From Lama guanicoe (taxonomy: Eukaryota), in the NCBI GenBank assembly GCA_013239625.1, contig MU053810.1:1685518-1749517 (forward strand): DNA of 64,000 nt, read 5' to 3'. Below, piece by piece: positions 26,790 to 40,329 of the stretch (position 1 is the stretch's first letter; each line of letters opens with the position of its first letter). The position numbers were made by a program, and so were the translations under genes. The notes under the pieces were generated by a model. That model was not told where the DNA came from. It saw only the letters and a list, made by a program, of their open reading frames with translations, and made no database searches.

Positions 26790-27672
26790 TCATACAATAT
26801 TGATTTTTTTTTATCTTTTTAATCAAATACTTACTGACCTGGGAGATAACATTTTGCTGTTCCAGTTCTGCGAGTTTCATTTCTATACGTCATTGTTTGG
26901 CATCATTTCTGTACATCATTCTTTGGCAACATGACTTTGTAAGAGATCAGAAAATTCAATACTTAGAGCTAAGCAAAAGTCTTAGCTGCTTATTTGTTTT
27001 CTAAAAAAGAAAAAAGATGTCAATTAAAATAAAATATGAATTCTCTTTGGTGGCTATTAAACTGTGTTTCAATTTATATTTCATGGTAATAGTTTTATAG
27101 CAAACACTGGCAGATTGACTCATCAGAATATGATACACAGCACTGAAGATTCATCTCAGTGTACTTCAAGCGGGCTTCAGAAATCCTAGCCTGGGGCCTT
27201 TAAGCTACCTGGCAACCTTCTAGAAGCACTACAAGAAAGACAGAAATGCAGGCATTGTGAATCAAAGAAGGAATTCCCATTAGTGTTAAAGGAATTTCTT
27301 CAGCATGGAAGAGTGTAATTCTAAGTATGGAAGAGACATTTTCAAGTCTTTTATGGGTGATTCTAACTTTTCTGAATGTGGTCCTTTCTCTCTCAGCATT
27401 TGTCAAACGTATTTGAAGTTCATTCAATCCACTTGGGTTGTGTTTTGAAAGTGCCTCATGGAAATTTAAGCAGACAGTTCCCATTAACATTAACGGACTT
27501 CCTAAGGCGAAATTCCCCCATACTGGGCTCAATATTAACCTCGGTATGAGGTTAGATTTTACCAAATATTTAGAGAATACTCAGTTCTTTAAAAATATCC
27601 CAAGTGCTAGTTCAGTAACAGAATTCCAATTAACTGAATCGAAAATTCAAGTGACTCAGCTACTAGGTTTGA

Positions 27673-27972
<300 letters not shown>

Positions 27973-30900
27973 TGAACCTCCAATCATTTTCTCACCTCCT
28001 GGTTTCTTTTGCTTTATAAAAATTAAAATGCAATTTTAAATATCTAGTGGGTAGCACTGACTGTTAATTGTTTGGGTTTTGTTCTGTTTTGTATTCTGAT
28101 ATCTTTGGCATCATGACCCATGAGTTTCATAAAATTATTAAATAATTATATCCTAGCAGTGGTACAAAGAAATCTCTCCAAAAAGTATGCCCAGTTTGGA
28201 AGGCTTTTTCATCTGAATCTGATGATTTATATTTATACTTTTTATTTGTAACTTCTGTGACATTTTTTGGTTGTGATTCCAAAAGTATTAGTAGACATGA
28301 AAACTTATGTGGCTCAAGGACCCAGTAATGAAAGTGCTCCAGGACAGCCAAGTCCACAAGCCCTTTGGCCATTGTTTATTGCCACTTGATAGGAAAGGTT
28401 AATTAGAAATTTAAATGACAGAAAGAATAAGGAAATTTAAACTTAATGGTTTATTTCATTTTACCAAATTGACAAAGAATGGAAATTTACTAAATTGTAG
28501 CCTTAAATTTACAGAATGTCTAAATTAGAATAAAAGCATGTTTGGCGTAAAGCTTTATTGACATTGTAATTAAGTTCTATTAGACAGCCTGAAGTTTTGG
28601 ATAAGAGAATAAAGAATCTAGGAATAAAGTTACAGGAACATCAAAGGTGATGCTTTAGGCAGTCACTAGGCATGGGAGAAACTCTGACAATGTGAATTGA
28701 TAGTGAGCATTATTAACCATGAATTCGTGGGTATTTAAAGTAACACAGACTCAGTATCTTATTTTCAGCTGAAGGGTTATTTTTCTCTTGGGAAATCAAT
28801 CTCTGGCTACTACAAGGATGCTGACAATTTAAAAAAGGATTCACTTTGGTCAAGTCTTCTGAAATCTGTATTTTTTTATAAAGTGAGCGATGGTTACTAT
28901 TTCAATTAAATAGACTAACTTTTGGAAATCTCATAACCACATTAGATGTTTCCACTCCTTTGAAGAATTGTTCTGTGTGGGATTAATCATTTACTTGGGG
29001 CGTTAATACACACAGACTATAAGGTAAGATCAGTTCTACTCAGCCCACCATATCGTTCTCTCACGCTCCCTGGAAGCTGAGAGAATATTGCTCAAAAGGA
29101 CTCTTTTATTTCTAGTTGTCATTGTAATCTGATGTTTTGGTCGGACTGCAGAGTGACGTTATGGAATGTTGTGTTCAACATTTTAACCAACAGTGGGAAA
29201 ATTTCTGGAAAGATGCGGAGTCAGTAAGTCTAGAGGCTGAAATCTCACTAACTGTAGGCTTTATCAAAACAGAGGCTGTGTTCTTACTGTGGCCTTTTTC
29301 TCTAGTCTTTGTTATCACAATTGTCATCTTCATTTATACAGTTCTCAGTGGGTATCTCACATTGCAGGGTAACAGTTTATTTTTTCTTATTCTCTCTTTG
29401 TAGTGAGGTTGGTATTTTTAAAATGTCCTTTTCTTTTCTTTAATCAAAGAAAAAATTTTCCATTGTGGTTTTCCTGTTTTGTCATGGAAACATTAAGCTG
29501 ATAGGTAATTTTAACTCTTGATATTCCCAGATCACCAGTCCTTCTGAACTCAGGGTTCTAAAGAAGTCATGACTTTATTATTTGCCTCACTGTCCTTTCT
29601 CTATCTTGGTTAAGAAACAGTTATTTCCTATTCTACCTGTTTTCCCTGATAACTGTCATGTAGTTTATTTTGCTGAGGCAAGTTTCTATTTGTAAAATTT
29701 GCCACCATAAGGATCCCCTTGCATTTGAGGTAAGAACTAAATGCTCCTGGCCTCACTAGAAAAATATTTATAATCTCAATAGCATAAAATAGTTGCCTGC
29801 ATAATGTGTGACTTAAACATACATTGTAGTTTTCAATTCTTCAACAATATTCTATATTCGTAATATTCTTAGCCTTTCACAAAGGCACTGGCACATTGAA
29901 GGTGTTTACTAAAGTACCGTGGATTAATTATGGAGTTACATCATACACAATTCTTTATTTTATAGCTAAGCAGATTGAGTCAGAATGGTTAAATGACATG
30001 CTTGAGTTTTACATAGCTAGTCAAGGGCAAATCCAGGACTAAAAACTTAATTTGTTAATCCCAGGATACCTCAACATTTTGTCTTTCTCAAGGAGATTAT
30101 GTAAACAAATCACAAATCTATTTCTCATTTTTTTCAATAAGTATTTGTTAATGTTTGGTGTTTAATAATCTTTTTATCTTGCTCCAATATATTATCACAC
30201 AATTACAATCCCATAAAGTCAGAAGAAGTATTCTAGTTAAGCTATACTAGAGAGCTAATGAAATTGTAAGAACATAAGAACATAGAGGGTATAAGTTCGT
30301 GTTCCCATTCAACTTAAATACACAGAGCCAAAATTATAGATTGGGAAGTAAGTACAATTCTCACTGTAATGAGTTGCTTCTAACTGGCTAATGCCAGCTT
30401 TGTTTTATTTTATTATATTTTATATTAGTGAGAAGAAAAATTCTGATTTATTCAGAAACTACCCATAAAGGACTTAGTTAAATTGTGGAGTAAAATTAGT
30501 ATTGCATTGAATAAATTTATTGACACAAATTTCATCTTTATTACCCTCAAATGATTTATTCCAGTAGCTAATTATGTTTCTCTTAGTAACTCAATGTACC
30601 AACAGCCCACAGTAACCACTCAAATGACCTACAGTTCTTTTGTGTTCCATATGTAGTCATATCCCCAATAGCATAATTTTTTTACAGTTCAGATTAGGTA
30701 AATAATGACCAATAAATTAGAAAATACATTTGCATTTCTCGTAGCAATCTTTCTTGTAATGAAATTGAGATAGGGAAGTACTGTTGCTATTTAAAGTAAG
30801 AGTAAATAGTGATTTGCTCAAAGCATTTAATGACCCTTCACTAGAGTCCCAATGTTCCCTTAACCATACTGGCGAGAGAAATAGTGGGGGCATAGGTTTC

Positions 30901-31211
30901 TTTAAATAATTAAGTTGTAATTATTTCTCTCCCAAGGTTGTAGCTCTGTATTAGTCAATCAACGCTTTGAAATTCTGTTCTAAGTATGGGCCCTTACTGG
31001 TACACAGCTGTTTAGTTAACTTCAAAGATACAGTTTACTTAGGATGAAGCCAAAGCACAAAGAACATACTGTCTTTTAAAAAATTTCCTCTCAAATTATC
31101 AACCATTCATTTTCCAGTTTCAGGGCATCGTTAGTTTCTTTTGCACAGATTAAACTACCTGATGAAATTGATCGTCTTGTCATCATTTTCTTAAAGATAT
31201 TAGTAACGTAA

Positions 31212-31600
31212 TAAGTGAAGTAAGTCAGACAAAGACAAATAAATATATGATGTCACTTATATAGAGAATCTGACCAAAAGATACAAATCTTATTTACAAA
31301 TCAAAAATAGACTCACAGACATTGAAAACAAACTATGGTTACCAAAGGGGAAAAGGTGAGGGGGGGATAAATAAGGAGTTTGGGATTTGTAGATCCAAAC
31401 TGCTGTTTATAAAATAGATGAACAGGGACCTACTGTATAGCACAGGAAGCTATATTAACTATATTCAGTTTCTTGCAATAAAAAATAGAATCTGAAAAAA
31501 AAATGTATGTATATGTAAAACTGAGTCACTTTGCTGAACACCTGAAACTAACATTTTAAATCAACTACACTTCAATACAAAACAAAATTAAAAAAAAAAA
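31212..31600 (+). mobile_element. L1 3' UTR fragment with poly(A)
   Basis: taagtgaagtaagtcagacaaagacaaata...atagactcacagacattgaaaacaaactatggttaccaaagggg...tactgtatagcacagg...cttcaat, ending in an A-rich tail. Confidence 0.85.
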
Positions 31601-31619
31601 TAGTAATAGCAGTTCTTTT

Positions 31620-32310
31620 AAAGTTTGTGGCTATAACTCTAACATCTAGATTTTCTGTGGGTCTGTTTCTACCATCTGCTTTTCTGTTTGTTTCTTCTTC
31701 TCTAGATTTTCGTTCATTGGTCATGTCTCCTGGCCTGCCTGGTGATTTTTGATCAGATGCTGGGCATTGTTTACAAACTAGTAAAGAGATGCTTTGAGGT
31801 TGTGGATGTTATTTTCTTCTTCCAGAAAGGGCTTACCTTTTTGTTGTTGTTGTTGTTAGGCAGTTAGGATGGAACAGATTACTGTAATACTGGGAAGGGC
31901 TAAGCTCATTCAAAGTTGAGCACTATCCCTTATAAAGACTGCTATATTTCTGGTTAGCCCTAACTCTTAGAGTATCCTTCAGGAATCTCCACTTTGGTCT
32001 GGGTATTTACTATGGACCTTTCGCCTTAGGGGCCCTGAACTCCTGTGTTTTCCTCAGCTCCATGAGACTGCTTGAAGTTCTGTTCAGCTATTTGGTCTCT
32101 AAAGCTTGCTCATGAATGGTCAAATGCCTTGAAGGGAAAGTGGTGTTGGGTTCACCTCTGTAATTTCCTTTCTTTGGAATCTTGGCTTTTCAGGTTCTTG
32201 CTTTTTGGTAGTCACCTGGTGCTTCAGTGGATGCTTTGCATGTATAATTTATCTTTCCTGCTTGGTCTTAGTAGTAGAAATGGTCTTATACAAGTCTGTC
32301 TGCTGTAACC
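31620..32310 (-). mobile_element. Ancient LINE fragment (L1ME/HAL1-like)
   Basis: T-rich degenerate sequence with ctgtgggtctgtttctacc...ctggtgatttttgatcagatgctgggcattg motifs recalled from old L1/HAL1 elements. Confidence 0.4.
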
Positions 32311-32351
32311 CAAAGTCCCAATCACTTTTAATTACCAAATTCATAAAATCT

Positions 32352-32580
32352 AACATTTACTGAGCTCTTCATATATGCTAGGCAGTGACCTAAGTGCTTA
32401 AAATGTATCTCATATAACTCTCACAAAAACCAAGAGGTAGTCGCTTTTATCATTTACAGAGAAGGAGCTCAAAATACCCAGAGGGGTCAAGTAACTGTCC
32501 CAGAATGATGAAACAAAGATTCATCCAAGGAAATAGGACTTCAGAGCCTGTAGGCCCAACTACTGTGCCACACTGCCTCC
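32352..32580 (-). mobile_element. MIR SINE
   Basis: taacatttactgagc...tgctaggcagtgacctaagtgctt...catttacagagaagga...ggtcaagtaactgtccca. Confidence 0.7.
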
Positions 32581-33258
32581 CTACAAACTTCCTTTTCAAG
32601 AAATGACTATACCACTTTGTTCACCTTGACATCCTTGACAGTCTCTCCTGCTTAGTCATTATTGTAATGTAACTCAGCCTCTTGAGAGCACAACTAAGAA
32701 TGGTTTGCCTTTGCACAGCATTTATCTTATTTTATTATTTAAAAAAAAAAGAACTTGTACCTAAGTAAAAATAATAATAAAAACATGCTTCTTTCTTAGA
32801 TAAATTGAAATTAGAAAAATCAAATCCCCATTTCCTATTCTGTTAATAGGAGTAACTAGCTAGTCACCCAGACTCTTTATATTATTTTAAGTTACCACTG
32901 AATAGTGATGATTGTTTGCTTGATTACAGTGGACATAGGCCTGAAAGTTTTGATCTGTTGATAATGTAACAAGGAAACTACCTGTTCCTCAAAAAGATTT
33001 CATTCCAAAAACATTAGAGGTTTGGCATCAGATTTCTTGCCGCCCTTGATGCTGCCTGCCCTAGTATACCATCATATTTCAGCAGGCGCATTTCCTCTGA
33101 CTGTTTCATCTCTCTTCTCCTATATATTTTGAATTTATTGTTATTTTAGATACAAACTTGGGAAGGATGTGATTCATTTTGTGTCTATTGTAAATTTGAT
33201 TATTTTTTCACCTATTCATGGGAAATACAGAGTAGTCATCAGTTTCAGATGATACAAT

Positions 33259-33403
33259 TTATTTATTTTTTAAATTTTTGTTTATTTATCTTTTTGGTGG
33301 GAGGTAATTAGTTTTATTTATTATTTTTAGTCGAGGTACCAGGGATTGAACCCAGGACCTTGTGCATGCTAAGCATGTACTCTACCACTGTTATACCCTC
33401 CTC
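33259..33403 (-). mobile_element. tRNA-Ala-derived SINE (Vic-1 type), second copy
   Basis: gggattgaacccaggaccttgtgcatgctaagcatgtactctaccactg is shared with the 8.9-kb copy. TSD tcagatgatacaat/tcagataatacaat at 33245-33258 and 33404-33417 (13/14 identical). Confidence 0.88.
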
Positions 33404-34410
33404 TCAGATAATACAATAAAAAAAAAAAAAAAGAAAAGTCACGTAATCCTTCTACATGGTCACGGGGGAAAATCACAGAGAATTTGCACCCGCCTGAGAG
33501 TCAGCCTGTATTATCCATCTTTTTTTGGGTGAATAACTTACTGTCTCCTTCAGCAGCAAATATTAGAGGAGGTTCATATAGAGGAACTATATTGTTTATT
33601 AAGTAAAATCACTTTTTATAATCTATTCTACCATTTAAGTATTTAAAGCTAATGTTCCTTAGTGTTAACACTGACTATTTCTGTGGAAGAATGCATAGTT
33701 AATAAATCACCATTGCCAATTGGTTATAGGTTTAACTCACGCCCTGAATGCATTTTTAAAAATTTCTTTGAAGACCATTTCTCTTATTTAAACTGTAATG
33801 ACCCTTCATTCATGGTAATCATCCTGAAAATATTAAAAGATGAACACTTGCTGAGCTTGTAAAATTTATTTAAAAAAATAACTGAAAGAAGTCAGAGAAA
33901 GCCAAAAAGAACTGAGCAGTAAAACAATTACCATTTAGATGGGAAGTCATTTGCCTTTATGGCTATTTCTGTGTATGTAAAAATGTTTAACATGTGTTAA
34001 TATAGTATTTATGCAGCCAAGAAACTATGTGTATAATTTAAATATAATTCATTTAATAGATTTATAATATGAGATTAAGAAAACCCAGACGACATAAAGT
34101 GCTGATTATAAACTCTCAAGAAATAATTCCAAGAAAAATGTAAACACAGATGATTTTATATCATAGCACTTCCCTGTATTTTAAATACATAAAGTATAAA
34201 ATTGTATCCACATGACTTTATTTAGGATCTAATCCATTTGCATGTGCAGTTTTTAAAAGTTACCTCTCATATTAAAGCTCTCAAATGCCTTAATTTCCTT
34301 TTACTTCCCATAGTGTAAGCAAATGACAAACTGAACCATTCTCCCTTTGTGATGTTGTGAGTGAAAGTAAATAAATAAATAACCTAACAAAATAACCCGG
34401 AAGAAATAAT

Positions 34411-34900
34411 TGTAGAAACAGAAAGCTTGTTCTAATGCTGGCCTTGCCCCTAGGGGGTTCTGTTGTCCTTGGACAATGTATTTGATCTTCCTGGGTGCCT
34501 TTTCTGCTTCCACGTCCCACTTCACTTTAATCTCTGGGGTGACATTGAGAGGTTAGCTTTACACGGTGCTCTTGCCCGTATCAGGCCATATCCAGTTTCC
34601 CTGCTCTGAGGATTCCAGGACCAAAGGGCTAATTTGTCCCTGAGGTAAAAGGCCTCGTACATTCCACGTGTCTCCCCAAACCCAGGGTGCAGGTTCCTAA
34701 TCCCATTTCTTTTCCCGTAATGTTTTATCCCCCTGCCGTGTTTGGGCAAGTTCCCTTAACAAGCCATCATCCCGGATAAAGTCCTCATTGTGATTTTGAC
34801 GACCTTGAGCCGAGCTGACAGGCTTCTTGGGGGAGCACCTGCCTGACTACCTTCTGTTCTAGGTGCTCCAACTGTAGTCTGTCCCTTCAGCAGTGGGCAA
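34411..34900. mobile_element. Possible old ERV solo LTR
   Basis: ~500-bp block of higher GC with a taaagtcctcattgtgattttg polyA-like region; family not recognised with certainty. Confidence 0.3.
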
Positions 34901-36779
34901 TATTTAAAGCAGAAGTCAGTCTGATGTGTGTGTGTATGTGTTTATAAAACAGATACGTTGCCAACATTTGATATCAGAAGGTTTCACATAAAAGTATAGA
35001 ATTGCATCTTCTCTTGAGAAATCAGAAAGCTTTGGAACACTTACCCTACATTTTCACATGGCGGCAGCTGGCCGGGAAATTTACTCACGGTGAATTCTCT
35101 CCAATTTCTCCCTCACCGAGGTCTTCTGTCCTACCCCAGGCCAGCACTAACTCATGCAGAGATTAAGTTTGAAACCCCTCTTTTAATATAGAGGCTATTT
35201 TTACTTATCAACTTCATGCTATTGTCTCCTGGGTTTTCTACAGGGTATGATTGTGGAGATGGGGGCAGGAGAGATGCTAAGAGTTTATCTGTAACTAGTG
35301 GATCGCCTTTGCTTTCAGGTCATCAGGTACATTGCTCAGTGTCTGGGGCGCGAAGAGTTCAGAAACTGAAAGCTAGAAATGGATAAAAGTAATTGTGCAA
35401 AGTGTTCACAACATTCAGGAAAGCAAATGGATGTTTACGTTGTCAAATTTAACTGAAAACCTTTCTATTCAAATATAGTTTTCAAACAATTAAGCACTAG
35501 TACTCAAGACATTATATCTTAACAATAATAAAAGGGATCATGACTTTTTCAAACCTGATACCCAACTGAATAATGAGAAACCGGATCAGACATTTAAGGG
35601 AGAAGAGCTAGGAAGTTAAGGTTGGATGAAGGTAAGAATGGTTAAAATCGTAGGGCTTGGGTTTTTTTTAAGGTATATACAAGAAGCTATTAGACACCAC
35701 ATTGCTGATTAGCAAGTGAACAGAAATGAGTATAGAGTAATTCTTCTCCAGTTGCGTGCTGATAGGCGTGTGATTCAGACTTTGGAACGCATACTATGCA
35801 ATCAATCCCTTGCTGAGATGCTGGGCTGCCTATTAGATAGATAGCTGGGCCCATAATGGAAACAAATGAATGTTTTGGCAAGGTTTGCAGGGCAGAGCAG
35901 AGCAAAAAATAAAATTTTGTTCCCTCTGACTCAAGCATCATGACGTTATCTCTGTTTTGAGAGACAGACATCAAAGTTCACATTTTAGGGATTGTGTTGG
36001 GCCCTCGTGTCCTGGAGAATGATACCGAGGCGATAAAGAGAGTAACTTTTGTCTCTGAATCTTCCTCCAAGGGCCAGCGTGCTCTGCCCTGCCTTCGCTT
36101 ACTCCTAACATCATTTCCTGCCTTAATTGTCTAGTTACTGCAGCTCCTCTCTGCTTCTGGACTTCATTTGCTTCTCTGTATCATTTACAGAAAAAAAAAT
36201 TATACTTGCTTAAATAACAAACTTATCTGTGTCTTGTGAAATGGAAGGAAAATTAAAATACCTAAAAAAAGAAAAGAATTTTTAAATGCTTATGTCAGCC
36301 AAAATGGGAGCATATTGTAACTGTCGCCCCTGCTCCTTCTCTGTATCCATCCTGTGGAATGGATGTAATTGTAAAACTCATTCTCAGAAATTTATGATTC
36401 ATTACAAATCATCCAGAGGCCGAGTGAAAATTTAGCTTTGCTTTAATCATAAAAAAGGCAAGTATTACAGGCACTTCAAAATAATGAAGCCACGTTTTTC
36501 TTAAAGCTTATGTAGTTCCAAGTTTGTATTATTTCAGATTGGCTTCCTGACATCCCCAGGAACTGACTTAGGAGACATTTTGAGGATGAATACGAATTTT
36601 TAGAAAGGACAAAGAGTAGCTTCCATAAGCAGCATTTTCAGAGTTTTTGTTCTTGGGCGCCATCCTTCGCCATGGCTCCTCTGGCTCGGGTGCTTCACAC
36701 CCAGTACAAAAGCTTCTTGTACATATTCATGTTAATGTGTAATCAGGATATAAGACCAGAGTTTCAGAAGTTCTGGGCT

Positions 36780-37190
36780 CTTATTCATGAACTCTGGCAA
36801 CTGAAAGAAAAGCCTCTGGGGCCAGTGGCGCTGCAGGCGGCCTTCCCGCCGCTTCCCGGCCGGGTCTCCTCCTTCCCCGGACATCGCGGCTCTGCTCTCC
36901 GCAGCTGCGCGCGCTCTTCTCTGCACCCGCGGAGGACACCACGCTGAGCCCGGATGGGGTGCGGCACCTTCTCCTGTCATCTTGCGCTTTACCTGAGATA
37001 ATCCCACAAATCTCAGAAACATTAAAATTCCCCCTTCGTTGGGCAACTTCAACAAAGCCGCCCTTTTACAACTTCACGATGTTAGGGGCAAACCTAAGTA
37101 AGCACTACGACCCTTCTTGTATCTTCTCTCCACGTGATTTGTTTTCTTTTTGCTTGCTGTGCTGTTTATTACGGTTTATATGACCATGTC
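36780..37190 (+). mobile_element. Degenerate L2 3' region containing a CpG-rich core (second copy at ~38884-39294)
   Basis: The order of motifs (gaaaagcct...gtctcctcc...ctctgctctccgcagc...cttctctg...ttacctgagataatccc...attaaaattcccccttc...tgtttattt) parallels the recalled L2 3' consensus; similarity is weak. Confidence 0.45.
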
Positions 37191-37890
37191 TGATCTAATA
37201 TGTTCTTTAATAAATTGCCCACAGATGGCCCACAATCTGCTTATTCTACTTAGAGATTTGTTCATGCATTTATCCTTCCTCTTTGTTCCTTGTCCCTTTA
37301 TTTATTGAAGATAGTTTTATTTCCATTTTTATTTCTGTAAAACTGGTAGTAACGATAGGGATCGTATCTCCAGTGATTCTATTCTAAATCTAGAAAAAAA
37401 ATGGCTCCAAGAGTTAGTCTCATTTGTAGCTGTTTCATCACGTTTAATATACTCTCAATGTGTCCTAATGTTTTAAAACTGTATGAGTTGTAAGTGTCTG
37501 TAATATTAACATTTGGGTTCTATTGAGGTTTAAATTTAGGAAGTGTCACCTTAAGCTGATCCATAGTAATTCATAAGTTTTCCAGTTTTAACCAGAACAG
37601 TGAAGTTCACCATCCATCAACAAACAGCTGACAAATTCCCCTGTAAACTTCACTATATATTAATCAACAATGATACTTAGCAGGTGCACTTCTTATCTTT
37701 CTCTAGGTTTTATAAATTTTTAAAACTATGAAAATAAACCTATACTAAAGTCTCTGGGAAAAACAAATGGTGCAAAAACAATCCCTATTTCTGAAATGAT
37801 CACCAGCGCTAAGTGCATTCATGGAGTGCCTGTATGTGTGATAAGTTTTCAGCATCAGCTAGATTCTCTGAGAACCTGTTACCTTGACCA

Positions 37891-38033
37891 NNNNNNNNNN
37901 NNNNNNNNNNNNNNNNNNNNNNNNNNNNNNNNNNNNNNNNNNNNNNNNNNNNNNNNNNNNNNNNNNNNNNNNNNNNNNNNNNNNNNNNNNNNNNNNNNNN
38001 NNNNNNNNNNNNNNNNNNNNNNNNNNNNNNNNN
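37891..38033. other. Assembly gap (143 N)
   Basis: Run of n characters. Confidence 1.
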
Positions 38034-40182
38034 GACTCAAGCATCATGACGTTATCTCTGTTTTGAGAGACAGACATCAAAGTTCACATTTTAGGGATTG
38101 TGTTGGGCCCTCGTGTCCTGGAGAATGATACCGAGGCGATAAAGAGAGTAACTTTTGTCTCTGAATCTTCCTCCAAGGGCCAGCGTGCTCTGCCCTGCCT
38201 TCGCTTACTCCTAACATCATTTCCTGCCTTAATTGTCTAGTTACTGCAGCTCCTCTCTGCTTCTGGACTTCATTTGCTTCTCTGTATCATTTACAGAAAA
38301 AAATTATACTTGCTTAAATAGCAAACATCTCTGTGTCTTGTGAAATGGAAGGAAAATTAAAATACCTAAAAAAAGAAAAGAATTTTTAAATGCTTATGTC
38401 AGCCAAAATGGGAGCATATTGTAACTGTCGCCCCTGCTCCTTCTCTGTATCCATCCTGTGGAATGGATGTAATTGTAAAACTCATTCTCAGAAATTTATG
38501 ATTCATTACAAATCATCCAGAGGCCGAGTGAAAATTTAGCTTTGCTTTAATCATAAAAAAGGCAAGTATTACAGGCACTTCAAAATAATGAAGCCACGTT
38601 TTTCTTAAAGCTTATGTAGTTCCGAGTTTGTATTATTTCAGATTGGCTTCCTGACATCCCCAGGAACTGACTTAGGAGACATTTTGAGGATGAATACGAA
38701 TTTTTAGAAAGGACAAAGAGTAGCTTCCATAAGCAGCATTTTCAGAGTTTTTGTTCTTGGGCGCCATCCTTCGCCATGGCTCCTCTGGCTCGGGTGCTTC
38801 ACACCCAGTACAAAAGCTTCTTGTACATATTCATGTTAATGTGTAATCAGGATATAAGACCAGAGTTTCAGAAGCTCTGGGCTCTTATTCATGAACTCTG
38901 GCAACTGAAAGAAAAGCCTCTGGGGCCAGTGGTGCTGCAGGCGGCCTTCCCGCCGCTTCCCGGCCGGGTCTCCTCCTTCCCCGGACATCGCGGCTCTGCT
39001 CTCCGCAGCTGCGCGCGCTCTTCTCTGCACCCGCGGAGGACACCACGCTGAGCCCGGATGGGGTGCGGCACCTTCTCCTGTCATCTTGCGCTTTACCTGA
39101 GATAATCCCACAAATCTCAGAAACATTAAAATTCCCCCTTCGTTGGTCAACTTCAACAAAGCCGCCCTTTTACAATTTCACGATGTTAGGGGCAAACCTA
39201 AGTAAGCACTACGACCCTTCTTGTATCTTCTCTCCACGTGATTTGTTTTCTTTTTGCTTGCTGTGCTGTTTATTACGGTTTATATGACCATGTCTGATCT
39301 AATATGTTCTTTAATAAATTGCCCACAGATGGCCCACAATCTGCTTATTCTACTTAGAGATTTGTTCATGCATTTATCCTTCCTCTTTGTTCCTTGTCCC
39401 TTTATTTATTGAAGATAGTTTTATTTCCATTTTTATTTCTGTAAAACTGGTAGTAACGATAGGGATCGTATCTCCAGTGATTCTATTCTAAATCTAGAAA
39501 AAAAATGGCTCCAAGAGTTAGTCTCATTTGTAGCTGTTTCATCACGTTTAATATACTCTCAATGTGTCCTAATGTTTTAAAACTGTATGAGTTGTAAGTG
39601 TCTGTAATATTAACATTTGGGTTCTTTTGAGGTTTAAATTTAGGAAGTGTCACCTTAAGCTGATCCATAGTAATTCATAAGTTTTCCAGTTTTAACCAGA
39701 ACAGTGAAGTTCACCATCCATCAACAAACAGCTGACAAATTCCCCTGTAAACTTCACTATATATTAATCAACAATGATACTTAGCAGGTGCACTTCTTAT
39801 CTTTCTCTAGGTTTTATAAATTTTTAAAACTATGAAAATAAACCTATACTAAAGTCTCTGGGAAAAACAAATGGTGCAAAAACAATCCCTATTTCTGAAA
39901 TGATCACCAGCGCTAAGTGCATTCATGGAGTGCCTGTATGTGTGATAAGTTTTCAGCATCAGCTAGATTCTCTGAGAACCTGTTACCTTGACCATCACGT
40001 AGCCGTCTGTAGGACCAGGTGCTCTCCTGTCATGCTGACCCATCGAACAACACTAAGCAGATGTTATTTTAAGGTGCTGTGTGTCTTTCTTCACTTATGT
40101 TTCCTGCTCTCTCTGGTCCATCATCTAATTTTACCATTAAACAAGGCGATCACATTCCCTACCCCACCCCCACCCCGACTGA

Positions 40183-40329
<147 letters not shown>

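Larger units (their letters stand above)
35928..39994. repeat. ~1.96-kb near-identical direct duplication (35928-37890 and 38034-39994) separated only by the N gap
   Basis: Both copies start gactcaagcatcatgacg and end ctgttaccttgacca. At least 9 substitutions and one 2-bp poly-A indel were found by eye. Confidence 0.97.

Noticed and set aside
36672..39287. Duplicated ORF pairs (91, 107, 60 and 74 aa) as a tandem gene family
   Set aside because: They arise from the gap-flanking duplication and a GC-rich patch; no splice or homology support.
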